Part shown: positions 29,481-38,880 of the stretch, one piece after another
How positions within the stretch are numbered: position 1 is the first letter of the stretch
How the letters are laid out: the number at the start of each line of letters is the position of its first letter
From: Moheibacter sp.
GTDB lineage: Bacteria; Bacteroidota; Bacteroidia; Flavobacteriales; Weeksellaceae
DNA: 64,000 bases
Direction of reading: 5' to 3'
Assembly (NCBI GenBank): GCA_047972025.1
Contig: JBKEAG010000034.1
Coordinates: forward strand, 4,626-68,625
Notes under the pieces: model-generated
What the model was told of the DNA's origin: nothing
Database searches by the model: none
What the model saw: the letters and a program-made list of their open reading frames with translations, nothing else
Position numbers and translations under genes: made by a program

Positions 29481-32400
29481 ATGAATAAACGAATTTTTAT
29501 TCAAAAAAAGGTACAATTTGACGTTCATTCAGTGAAAGTCACAAATGAACTGCAAAACCTTGTCCCAGGAATCCTGTGCAAGGTTTTTGTGATTTATGAC
29601 CTCTTTGATATTTCTCAAGAGCAATTAGACAATTCTTTGTACGAAGTTTTTGCAGACCCTGTAACCGATTTGGTTTATCAAGATTTCAAGAAAATTACTA
29701 CAAACACTTCAAATTTTGCAGTAGAACCTCTTCCCGGTCAGTATGACCAAAGAGCAGACTCTGCAGACCAGTGTTTACAACTGTTGGGCATTCGTGAAGC
29801 AAAAGTAAAATCCGGTTTTCTATATGTTTTCGAAAACCTCGCAACAAATGATTTGGACAAAGTCAAAAAATATTTAATTAATCCAATTGAATGCCGCGAA
29901 AAGAATTTAGATGAATTAAATCTCAACGAAGCCACACAAATTAAACCTGTAAAAACAATTGAAAATTTCACTAATTTCAACACAAATCAACTAAGTAATT
30001 TACACAAAGAATTTGGATTTTCAATGGGAATGGATGATTTAGCGTTTATTCAAAATCACTTTCAGGAAATTGCTCGAAACCCTACTGAAACTGAACTCAA
30101 AGTTTTGGACACCTATTGGTCAGACCATTGTCGACATACCACATTTGAAACAGAAATAACTAATATAAAGTTTGAAAACGAGTTTAAAGAAACACTACAA
30201 AAAACCTTTAATTATTACCTTAAATTAAGAAAAGAACTAAACATCACAAAACCTATAAGGCTGATGGATATGGCTACAATTATGGGAAAATATCTAAATA
30301 AAAACGGTACGATTACCAACATAGATATTTCAGAAGAAATCAATGCTTGTTCCATTGTAGTTCCTATAGATGTTGACGGTGTAGAAGAAGATTGGTTATT
30401 ACAGTTTAAAAATGAAACCCACAATCATCCGACAGAAGTAGAACCTTTCGGTGGTGCATCAACTTGTGTCGGTGGAGCCATTCGTGACCCCTTGTCCGGA
30501 AGAGCTTATGTATTTCAAGCGATGCGGATAACAGGTGCAGCCAATCCATTGGAAAAAATTGAAGATACACTTCCAGGAAAATTACCACAACGAAAAATCA
30601 CAAAAGAAGCAGCAAATGGCTATAGTTCCTACGGAAATCAAATAGGTCTTGCTACAACTTATGTAAAAGAAATTTACGACGAAGGATACAAAGCAAAACG
30701 AATGGAAGTTGGCTTTGTTGCTGGTGCAGTCAAAAAAGATTGGGTTCGCCGAGAGGAACCCAAACAAGGTGATAAAGTAATTTTGCTCGGTGGTCGCACC
30801 GGGCGTGATGGTGTAGGCGGAGCAACGGGTTCATCCAAAACACATGACGGTCAGAAACTAGAAGAATTAAGCTCTGAAGTTCAAAAAGGAAATGCGATTG
30901 TAGAGCGAAAAATCCAACGATTATTCCGAAATGAAAAAGTTCTAAAACTCATCAAAAAATGCAATGACTTTGGAGCAGGAGGTGTTTCAGTTGCGATTGG
31001 AGAGATTGCTCGTAGTGTAAACATTGACCTTGATACACTTCCACTAAAGTATTTAGGACTTAACGGTACAGAACTCGCACTCTCTGAGTCACAAGAACGG
31101 ATGGCAGTAGTTGTGGAAAGGCAAGACGTAGAAAAATTCATTGAGTTTGCAAAAATCGAGAATTTAGAAGCCACCGTTGTAGCTGACGTTACTGATGACA
31201 ATCAAATGACGATGTGGTGGAAAGGTGAAAAAATTGTAGAACTAGACCGAAATTTTCTCGATACAAATGGAGTTAGAAAACAGACAGAAGTTCAAGTAAC
31301 CAATGGTGAAAATATCCATCCATTTGCTCCACATAAATTCTCAGAAACTGAATTTTTAAAATTATTAAAAGAACTAAACCATACTTCCCAAAAGGGAATG
31401 GTGGAAATGTTTGACAATAATGTGGGGCGAAGCACCGTTCTCAACGCTTTTGGTGGGAAAACACAAGATAGCCCCGAAGATATAAGCGTTCAAAAATTCC
31501 CAACCGATGGATTTACTGAATCAGTCAGTATGGCAAGTTTTGGATACAATCCTACTGTGAGTCGCTGGTCTCCTTATCACGGTGCCTATTTTGCAGTGAT
31601 AGACAGTGTTTCCAAAGTTATTGCTGGTGGTGGAAACTTCAAAGAAATACGTCTAACTTTTCAGGAATATTTTGAAAAATTAGGTGAAACTCCTGAACGC
31701 TGGGGAAAACCCTTTGCTGCACTTCTCGGTTCTATCGAAGCACAACGACAGTTAGAAATTCCGGCTATTGGTGGGAAAGACAGTATGAGTGGAAGTTATC
31801 AGGACATAGACGTTCCACCTACTTTGATTTCATTTGCTGTCTGTCCCAATAAATCCTACAAAATTAATTCGTCAACACTTCAAAAAAATAACTCAAAACT
31901 ATCCGTTTTTATTCCTGAATTTACGAATGGATTTTTATTAAATGACAAGCATCTAAAGGAAATCTACCATTTTCTCTATGCCAATAATGCAAAGATAAAT
32001 TCAGCCATGACAGTAAAATCAGGAGGAATTGCCGAAACCATTGCTTTGATGTCTTTTGGAAATGAAATTGGAGTAGAAATAGAAACTGGTTTAGAATTGA
32101 TGCAATACTATCCCGGAGCAATTCTCATAGAACATTCAATTGATTTAGAAATACCAAATGAGCTTCAACCAACGTATTTCAAATTGGGGAAAACCAATCC
32201 ATCAAAAGAACTAAAACTAAATAGTGCAACAGTTTTCATTAACAAAGCAAAATCAGCTTGGAAAACTACATTTTCAGAATTATTTCCGTACGAAACAAAA
32301 AATTCGAAAAATGAAGCCAACAATGAAACAAATAACCCAAAACTTAAAAAACAAACTTCAAATTTTGAACTTTTAACGACAAAACCTAAAGTTTTCATTC

Positions 32401-33173
32401 CTGCCTTTCCCGGCACAAATAGTGAATACGATAGTGCCAAGGCTTTTGAACGAGAAGGTGCTGATACAGAAATCATTGTATTTAAAAATCTTTCAGAAAA
32501 GGATATTGAGGAGTCGGTTATTGCCTATTCAAAAGCAATTGATACTGCACAAATTCTTTTCATCCCCGGTGGGTTTTCCGCAGCCGACGAGCCAGATGGA
32601 TCAGGAAAATTCATTGCAACAGTTTTACGAAATGAACGAATCAAAGAAAGTGTACATAAATTATTAGAACGCAACGGTTTAATCTTGGGAATTTGCAATG
32701 GTTTCCAAGGTCTGATTAAGTCAGGATTATTACCCTACGGCGAAATTCGAGAATTGAAACAAGACACACCAACTTTGACTTTTAACGAAGTTGGACGGCA
32801 TATTTCACAGGTAGCAAAAATACGTGTAACGAATAATCAGTCACCTTGGCTGAAAGGAATGCAAGGAGAGGAATATTGGCTTCCCGTTTCACATGGTGAA
32901 GGACGATTTATTGCAGATGAAAAGAATCTGAAACTGTTGTTTGAACGAGGTCAGATTGCAACACAGTTTATAGATTTAGAAGGAAATATTACAACCAAAA
33001 TGCCATTTAATCCTAATGGTTCTTTGGTTGGAATTGAAGGAGTAACTAGTCCATGTGGGAAAGTTTTTGGGCGAATGGGACATCCCGAACGATACGAAGA
33101 AGGGCTATTTCAGTATATTCCTGTAATGGGTTATATTTATATCTTTAAGAATGGAGTGGATTATTTTGCATAG
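29481..33173 (+). CDS. purL: Phosphoribosylformylglycinamidine synthase (large fused form)
   Basis: WSDHCRHTTF, KNETHNHPT, CNDFGAGG, LSESQERM and glutaminase domain GICNGFQ...MGHPER. Confidence 0.97.
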   Translation: MNKRIFIQKKVQFDVHSVKVTNELQNLVPGILCKVFVIYDLFDISQEQLDNSLYEVFADPVTDLVYQDFKKITTNTSNFAVEPLPGQYDQRADSADQCLQLLGIREAKVKSGFLYVFENLATNDLDKVKKYLINPIECREKNLDELNLNEATQIKPVKTIENFTNFNTNQLSNLHKEFGFSMGMDDLAFIQNHFQEIARNPTETELKVLDTYWSDHCRHTTFETEITNIKFENEFKETLQKTFNYYLKLRKELNITKPIRLMDMATIMGKYLNKNGTITNIDISEEINACSIVVPIDVDGVEEDWLLQFKNETHNHPTEVEPFGGASTCVGGAIRDPLSGRAYVFQAMRITGAANPLEKIEDTLPGKLPQRKITKEAANGYSSYGNQIGLATTYVKEIYDEGYKAKRMEVGFVAGAVKKDWVRREEPKQGDKVILLGGRTGRDGVGGATGSSKTHDGQKLEELSSEVQKGNAIVERKIQRLFRNEKVLKLIKKCNDFGAGGVSVAIGEIARSVNIDLDTLPLKYLGLNGTELALSESQERMAVVVERQDVEKFIEFAKIENLEATVVADVTDDNQMTMWWKGEKIVELDRNFLDTNGVRKQTEVQVTNGENIHPFAPHKFSETEFLKLLKELNHTSQKGMVEMFDNNVGRSTVLNAFGGKTQDSPEDISVQKFPTDGFTESVSMASFGYNPTVSRWSPYHGAYFAVIDSVSKVIAGGGNFKEIRLTFQEYFEKLGETPERWGKPFAALLGSIEAQRQLEIPAIGGKDSMSGSYQDIDVPPTLISFAVCPNKSYKINSSTLQKNNSKLSVFIPEFTNGFLLNDKHLKEIYHFLYANNAKINSAMTVKSGGIAETIALMSFGNEIGVEIETGLELMQYYPGAILIEHSIDLEIPNELQPTYFKLGKTNPSKELKLNSATVFINKAKSAWKTTFSELFPYETKNSKNEANNETNNPKLKKQTSNFELLTTKPKVFIPAFPGTNSEYDSAKAFEREGADTEIIVFKNLSEKDIEESVIAYSKAIDTAQILFIPGGFSAADEPDGSGKFIATVLRNERIKESVHKLLERNGLILGICNGFQGLIKSGLLPYGEIRELKQDTPTLTFNEVGRHISQVAKIRVTNNQSPWLKGMQGEEYWLPVSHGEGRFIADEKNLKLLFERGQIATQFIDLEGNITTKMPFNPNGSLVGIEGVTSPCGKVFGRMGHPERYEEGLFQYIPVMGYIYIFKNGVDYFA

Positions 33174-33215
33174 ACTTTAGATAATTAGACAATAGACATT
33201 AGATTTTTTTAGATA
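33171..33215 (+). repeat. Tandem TAGA(C/T)nn heptamer-like array upstream of the four-helix-bundle gene
   Basis: tagactt tagataat tagacaa tagacat tagatttttt tagata. Confidence 0.7.
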
Positions 33216-33575
33216 GTGCATAATTTAGAGGAAATAATCATTTGGAAAAAAGCGATTGAGTTGTCAAAGGTAGTTTATACAATATGCAACGAACTACCTT
33301 CAGATGAGAAATTTGGGATGAGTAATCAAATGAAGCGTTCAGTAATTTCAATTTCTTCTAACATCGCTGAAGGAGCAGGTCGGAATTCAGATAGAGAATT
33401 TTTACATTTTCTTGGAATTTCCCAAGGTTCATCATTTGAACTATTAACTCAACTTTTGTTATACATTGAACTTAATCTAGCTGATAAAACAAAAATTAAC
33501 CCAATTATAGAAAACTTAAAAGAAATCCAAAAGATGAATTACGCATTTCAGAAAAACTTAAAATCAAATCTTTGA
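33216..33575 (+). CDS. Four-helix-bundle protein (23S rRNA intervening sequence protein family)
   Basis: LPSDEKFGMSNQMKRSVISISSNIAEGAGRNS..EFLHFL.ISQGSSFELLTQL; GTG start. Confidence 0.92.
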   Translation: MHNLEEIIIWKKAIELSKVVYTICNELPSDEKFGMSNQMKRSVISISSNIAEGAGRNSDREFLHFLGISQGSSFELLTQLLLYIELNLADKTKINPIIENLKEIQKMNYAFQKNLKSNL

Positions 33576-33580
33576 TTTCA

Positions 33581-33608
33581 GTCTGATGTCTTGTGTCTAT
33601 CGTCCTAA
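33581..33608 (+). repeat. Tandem GTCTnnn heptamer array downstream of the four-helix-bundle gene (inverse of the upstream array)
   Basis: gtctgat gtcttgt gtctatc gtcctaa. Confidence 0.7.
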
Positions 33609-33625
33609 ATCCATAAAATAATAAA

Positions 33626-34351
33626 ATGAACCATACAAAAAAAGATTTTATCTACGAAGGAAAAGCCAAACAGGTCTATTCAACAGAAGACCCAAATTTG
33701 GTAATTGTTTATTACAAAGATGATGCAACTGCCTTCAATGCTCAAAAACGTGGAACAGTTACCGATAAAGGTGAAATGAACAATAAAATTTCAACCTTGA
33801 TTTTCCAATATTTAGTAGAAAAAGAAATCCCTACACATTATGTCTCAACACTGAATAACCGAGAACAACTCGTAAAAAGAGTTGAAATAATTCCACTGGA
33901 AATGGTAGTGAGAAATTATGTCGCAGGAAGTATGGCACAGAGATTAGGACTCGAAGAAGGAAAAAAATCACCCGTCGCTATTTTTGATATTTGTTATAAA
34001 AAAGATGAATTAGGTGACCCACTAATAAATGACCATCATGCGGTACTTTTGGGTGCTGCTACCTATGAGGAGCTAAACTATATGTACAAATTGACTGATA
34101 AAATCAATGAAGCACTTATAGAATTATTTGATAAAGCCAATTTGATTTTAGTCGATTTTAAAATCGAGTTTGGAAAAGATACCGATGGAAATATAATCCT
34201 CGCAGATGAAATCAGCCCGGACACTTGCCGACTTTGGGATAAAGACACTTTGAAGAAATTAGACAAAGACCGTTTCCGTAGAGATTTGGGCGAAGTATCA
34301 GAAGCATACCATGAAGTATATAATCGATTAATAGCGGTCTTAAAAAAATAA
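33626..34351 (+). CDS. purC: SAICAR synthetase
   Basis: YEGKAK, KDDATAFN, IPLEMVVRN, LVDFKIEFG, DEISPDTCRLWD and DKDRFR. Confidence 0.98.
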   Translation: MNHTKKDFIYEGKAKQVYSTEDPNLVIVYYKDDATAFNAQKRGTVTDKGEMNNKISTLIFQYLVEKEIPTHYVSTLNNREQLVKRVEIIPLEMVVRNYVAGSMAQRLGLEEGKKSPVAIFDICYKKDELGDPLINDHHAVLLGAATYEELNYMYKLTDKINEALIELFDKANLILVDFKIEFGKDTDGNIILADEISPDTCRLWDKDTLKKLDKDRFRRDLGEVSEAYHEVYNRLIAVLKK

Positions 34352-34357
34352 TTAAAA

Positions 34358-34385
34358 TTCTATAGATTTTAAAAATCTAGTAGGA
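34358..34385. repeat. Degenerate REP-like palindrome between purC and purF
   Basis: CTATAGATTTT-A-AAAATCTAGTAG; same AGATTTTAAAAA core as 9184-9195. Confidence 0.45.
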
Positions 34386-34411
34386 CTGAACCAAATTAGT
34401 TTTTGAATAAA

Positions 34412-35902
34412 ATGAGCCTTTATAAAAAAATGTCAACTTTCCAAAACCAAGTTTACCAACGAAACTTACTGAAGACTTCCATGCATGACAGTTTAGACAG
34501 TATGGAAGAAGAATGTGGTATCTTTGGAATTTATTCACCACACAACATTGATACGTTTTCTTTGGCACAATTCGGGATGTTTGCTTTGCAGCATCGCGGA
34601 CAGGAAGCAGCCGGACTTTCCGTTTTGAAAGAAGGTACTATCAAAACCTATAAGTCTACTGGTTTGGTTTTAGATGTTTTTAAAAACATAGAAGACATAG
34701 AGGATTTTCAAGGAAATGCTGCAATTGGTCATACTCGTTATACAACGGCAGGTGGTGGAAGTTCTAAAAATATCCAACCCTTGTACGCTGTAAATTACTA
34801 TGGAAAACCTCATTTTTCTATCGCACACAATGGAAATGTAGTTGACACAGATGAATTAAAAGAAGAATTAATCCAAGAAGGATTGCCATTTCTAGCAACT
34901 TCCGATACAGAAGTAATCCTACGTTCAATTCAAAAATTCGCAAATCTTCCTGCACAAGAAGCCATTCGAGAAGGATTAAAACCCATAAAAGGTGCATATT
35001 CTGTACTATTGCTTACTAAAGATTCACTAGCAGCATTTCGTGACCCAAATGGAATTCGTCCATTGAGTATTGGTAAATTAGATGATGAAACCTACGTATT
35101 TAGTTCTGAAACTTGTGCTTTAGATGCCGTGGGAGCTAAATTTTTACGTGATGTAGAACCAGGTGAAATTGTAGTTGTGGATAAAAATGGACTCCATTCC
35201 TACTCATTAGAACAACCAATTCTAAACCGAATTTGTGCATTTGAGTATATCTATTTTGCCCGTCCCGACTCAAATATGCAAGGAAAAGAAATTTATGATT
35301 TGCGGGTAGAAAGCGGTAAAAAGTTATTTGAGCAGTCGCCAGTAGAAGCTGATGTAGTAATTGGTGTTCCTGACTCAGGCGTTCCTTCTGCTATTGGGTT
35401 TGCAGAGGCTTCAGGGATTCCGTTCGAGCCTATTTTGGTCAAAAATCGTTATATGAGCCGTTCATTCATTGTTCCTTCACAAGAAATGCGAGAACGTATA
35501 GTCAATTTAAAATTAAACCCAATTGCCGATAAAATCAAAGGAAAACGATTGGTGATTTTGGATGATTCCATTGTCCGTGGAACAACCAGTAAATTATTGG
35601 TCAAAATTTTAAAGGAAGCCGGTGCAAAGGAAATCCATTTTCGAAGTGCTTCACCACCGATTATTGCTCCATGTTTTCTCGGGATTGATATGCCGACAAA
35701 AAAGGATCTGATTTCTGCCAATATGAACAATAAAGAGTTAGCTGAATATTTGGGTGTAAATAGCTTAGATTTTCTGTCTGTTGAAAATTTGATTAAAATT
35801 CTTGGCTCAGCTAACCACTGCTTCGGCTGTTTTACTGAAAAATATCCGGTAGAACGAAATCAAAAAAAGAATAAATTTTACCAAAAAAAGATTGAATATT
35901 AA
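34412..35902 (+). CDS. purF: Amidophosphoribosyltransferase (propeptide and Fe-S type)
   Basis: EEECGIFG, LQHRGQE, GHTRY, DPNGIRPL, ILDDSIVRGTT; Fe-S ligand-like Cys in ICAFE, PCFLGID and CFGC. Start ambiguous (34412 vs 34481). Confidence 0.97.
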   Translation: MSLYKKMSTFQNQVYQRNLLKTSMHDSLDSMEEECGIFGIYSPHNIDTFSLAQFGMFALQHRGQEAAGLSVLKEGTIKTYKSTGLVLDVFKNIEDIEDFQGNAAIGHTRYTTAGGGSSKNIQPLYAVNYYGKPHFSIAHNGNVVDTDELKEELIQEGLPFLATSDTEVILRSIQKFANLPAQEAIREGLKPIKGAYSVLLLTKDSLAAFRDPNGIRPLSIGKLDDETYVFSSETCALDAVGAKFLRDVEPGEIVVVDKNGLHSYSLEQPILNRICAFEYIYFARPDSNMQGKEIYDLRVESGKKLFEQSPVEADVVIGVPDSGVPSAIGFAEASGIPFEPILVKNRYMSRSFIVPSQEMRERIVNLKLNPIADKIKGKRLVILDDSIVRGTTSKLLVKILKEAGAKEIHFRSASPPIIAPCFLGIDMPTKKDLISANMNNKELAEYLGVNSLDFLSVENLIKILGSANHCFGCFTEKYPVERNQKKNKFYQKKIEY

Positions 35903-35922
35903 AAATGAAAATTTAGGTTCAC

Positions 35923-37596
35923 TTAAGTAAACCTCTTTTTTCTCCACCAAATCATTCCCAAGCCAATTATCCAAATTCCCAATACCGGAGCGGTCAGATT
36001 AATCATCTGCCATTTGGATTTGTCTAATTTCACTTTGGTTTCATTTAAAGTAGGAATTTCAAGTTTTCGGTTTTTCAAGTTTAGAAAATCAGTTTCACCA
36101 AGAAGGTAATCCACACAATTCAACAAGAAATTCTGGTTGTCATAAACAACAGGACGCTGGTTTCTATTATCTGGACGAAGCGAATATTTATCCTCACCCA
36201 AGCGCATCGGCTTCCCAAGCATGACATGGTTTTTTGCTACATCACCATCTGATACCACAATCAATTTTCCATTTACAGTAGAACTTTTAAAATTTGGAAT
36301 TTCTTCCCGCTCAAATCGTGAAGCAAACATAGATTGGAAATTTCCTTCTGCCAAAACTGCCAAAGGCATTCGTCCCATTTGGTATTCTTCTGTTTGAACT
36401 CCTCCTACTTCACCCAATTCTATCAAACTCAATGACGGCTGAAGTGTAGTGTAAGGCGAAGTACCAAGTAAAACCGTATGTTTCACATTGGGGTTGTCTA
36501 GCAACTCTATGGGATTGGCAAATTCAAAACGGACGGAATTTATAGTTTCTGTAATCGGGCTTGGGTCAGCCTCAAACCCTCGTACAAAATAAGGCCAAGT
36601 GTAGGTGTTGTAGCTCACGTTTCCAGCGGTTGTTTCACCATCTGCCAATACTATTTTCGAAGCTTCCAAATCCTTTACGATTGCCGGAATAACGCGTATA
36701 CCATAATTAAAAAAAAATTCATTTAACTTTAAATCACGTGGAAAAGCAACAATCTTTCCACTTCGGAAAATACTATCCATTTCCGCATCTACACTTTCTG
36801 TCAGCCACATCATTTTTCCACCATTCATAATATATTGATCTAACACCAATTTGTCAGAGTCTGTGAAAGGTAAAGTCGGTTTTGCTACAATTAAAGCATC
36901 AAAATGTTTAAGTGACTCAATATCTTTTTGTTTCAACTGATAAGTGGAATCTTGAATCGGCTGAATGTAAACATCCACATTATAATTGTCTGCTAATGCG
37001 CGCCCAAATCCATCCATATAAATTTGTGGTAATTCGTCATGATGCACCAAAAAGCCTACATTTTTCCGGTCAACTTGCGTAATCTTGCGAATATCATCCA
37101 TAAAAAGATATTCTAACTTTTCAGTAGAAGCAGACGCTAATTCATCAAAAGATAATGCTGGGTTGTTTACCAAAGTTTCCATCCAATTTTCTTTACCGTC
37201 AAACACTAACTGCGCATAAGGGTAAACATTCAGTACACCATCATCCGTTTTTACAGGTGCTGGTGAGAGTCCATTTTCATCCAATTGTGACTGGGTGAAA
37301 TCTTTTGTCGGGTTGATAAATTGATAGGAAATATTTGGGTTTATGTTTCTAAATTCATCAAGTAAAAATGAAATTTCATTTTTTAGTATTCTATAATCAC
37401 CTGATAATTGGCCATCTAAGAGAACATTTATTTTAAGTGGTTTATCAATTTTGGAAAGGATATTTTTTGTGGTATCCGTAAGTGTATAGCGTTTGTCAGC
37501 AGTCATGTCAAATCGTTTGTACACAAATTCAGACAAAATAACCACACCAATTAACAGCAAAATAATTCCAATTCTATTTTGAATTTTATTTTTCAT
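35923..37596 (-). CDS. gldG: Gliding motility-associated ABC transporter substrate-binding protein GldG
   Basis: RFDMTADKRYTL, LDQYIMNGG, WPYF, LIVVSDGD and NFLLNCVDYL; follows gldF. Confidence 0.88.
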   Translation of the reverse strand: MKNKIQNRIGIILLLIGVVILSEFVYKRFDMTADKRYTLTDTTKNILSKIDKPLKINVLLDGQLSGDYRILKNEISFLLDEFRNINPNISYQFINPTKDFTQSQLDENGLSPAPVKTDDGVLNVYPYAQLVFDGKENWMETLVNNPALSFDELASASTEKLEYLFMDDIRKITQVDRKNVGFLVHHDELPQIYMDGFGRALADNYNVDVYIQPIQDSTYQLKQKDIESLKHFDALIVAKPTLPFTDSDKLVLDQYIMNGGKMMWLTESVDAEMDSIFRSGKIVAFPRDLKLNEFFFNYGIRVIPAIVKDLEASKIVLADGETTAGNVSYNTYTWPYFVRGFEADPSPITETINSVRFEFANPIELLDNPNVKHTVLLGTSPYTTLQPSLSLIELGEVGGVQTEEYQMGRMPLAVLAEGNFQSMFASRFEREEIPNFKSSTVNGKLIVVSDGDVAKNHVMLGKPMRLGEDKYSLRPDNRNQRPVVYDNQNFLLNCVDYLLGETDFLNLKNRKLEIPTLNETKVKLDKSKWQMINLTAPVLGIWIIGLGMIWWRKKRFT

Positions 37597-37601
37597 TTAT
37601 T

Positions 37602-38330
37602 TTACTTTTTCCGTTCCAAATTAAAGTTTGTCAAAACCAAAAATAGGGTAATCAATACCAAAAAATAAATCAAATCTCGTGTGTCAATAATACCTTTCAA
37701 GAATTGTTGATAATGAACATACATTCCTAATTTTTGCACATAAAAGTCAATACTTCCAAGTAAATTATATGAAGCTAGGCTTTCAAACGCATAGTAAAAT
37801 AAAAAACAGAGAATCACTGCCAAAACATAAGCTGCTACCTGATTTTTTGTCAAAGATGAGCTAAAAATCCCTACGGCAGCAAAACTACTTCCTAACAAGA
37901 ATAAGCCCAAATATCCGCTAAAAAAAGTTCCATAATCCAGTGCCTGTGTTTCTACAATAAATTGATCCAAAGTATAAACAAATAACCAAGTTGGTAGTAG
38001 GCAAAATAGTAAAACTACCAATATGGGAAAGAATTTTCCCATAACGACACTTCCAACTTTAATTGGTTGGGTAAAAAGCCACTGTAAAGTTCCGGTACTA
38101 TCTTCTTCTGCAATGGAACGCATAGTCAGAGCCGGAATGAGAAATAGCAAAACCCAAGGGGCTATAAAAAAGAAACTACTCAGTGTAGCCGAACCAATAT
38201 TAAAAATATTAAATTCATTGTCAAAAAACCACAAGAATAACACACAAATCAACACAAAGGCAGATGCACAAATATACGCTATGTAACCTGTGAAGTAATT
38301 CGCCAGTTCTTTTTTGAAAATATTTATCAT
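37602..38330 (-). CDS. gldF: Gliding motility-associated ABC transporter permease GldF
   Basis: IFKKEL..YF, FF.IAPW.LLFLIPALTMRS.AEE..GTL and GIIDTRDL.YF. Confidence 0.88.
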   Translation of the reverse strand: MINIFKKELANYFTGYIAYICASAFVLICVLFLWFFDNEFNIFNIGSATLSSFFFIAPWVLLFLIPALTMRSIAEEDSTGTLQWLFTQPIKVGSVVMGKFFPILVVLLFCLLPTWLFVYTLDQFIVETQALDYGTFFSGYLGLFLLGSSFAAVGIFSSSLTKNQVAAYVLAVILCFLFYYAFESLASYNLLGSIDFYVQKLGMYVHYQQFLKGIIDTRDLIYFLVLITLFLVLTNFNLERKK

Positions 38331-38863
38331 TCGTCCCGATTCACTAAACGCACAATCAGCATAATTAGTACACCAACGGCTACAAAACTAATCAAAATCC
38401 AGTACCAATACGTCATAAAAAGTCCTTTTAATATAACTGCAAATACAATTATAAAAAGTAATAGGGTAGCAACTTCATTCATCATTCGTAAGCGGACTGA
38501 TTTCATTTGAAAAATATCATTTTGGATTTCTTTCAATGTTTTCCAACTCCACAAATGATACCCGATTAATAAGATTACAGCCGTTAATTTTATGTGCATC
38601 CAAGGTTCAGTTAATAATGTTTGGTTCAAAAATAACATTGTAACTCCCGTAATCAAAACCAAAATTCCCGCCGGAACAGTAATTATATTCCATAATTTTT
38701 TTTCCATCAAATGAAATTGATTTCTCAAAATAGTTTTTTCAGATTCTGATTTATCTTGTATTTCCGTATGGTAAATAAAAAGTCGAACTATGTAAAAAAG
38801 TCCGGCAAAATAACTCACTACAAAAATAATATGAATCGCTTTTATGATGGGGTAAAATTCCAT
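38327..38863 (-). CDS. hemJ: HemJ/CopD-family membrane protein (probable protoporphyrinogen IX oxidase)
   Basis: KAIHIIFVVSYFAGLFYIVRLFIYH, MEKKL..IIT.PA, WMHIKL and LRMMNEV. Confidence 0.8.
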   Translation of the reverse strand: MEFYPIIKAIHIIFVVSYFAGLFYIVRLFIYHTEIQDKSESEKTILRNQFHLMEKKLWNIITVPAGILVLITGVTMLFLNQTLLTEPWMHIKLTAVILLIGYHLWSWKTLKEIQNDIFQMKSVRLRMMNEVATLLLFIIVFAVILKGLFMTYWYWILISFVAVGVLIMLIVRLVNRDE

Positions 38864-38880
38864 TAAACAAAAGTAATTAT

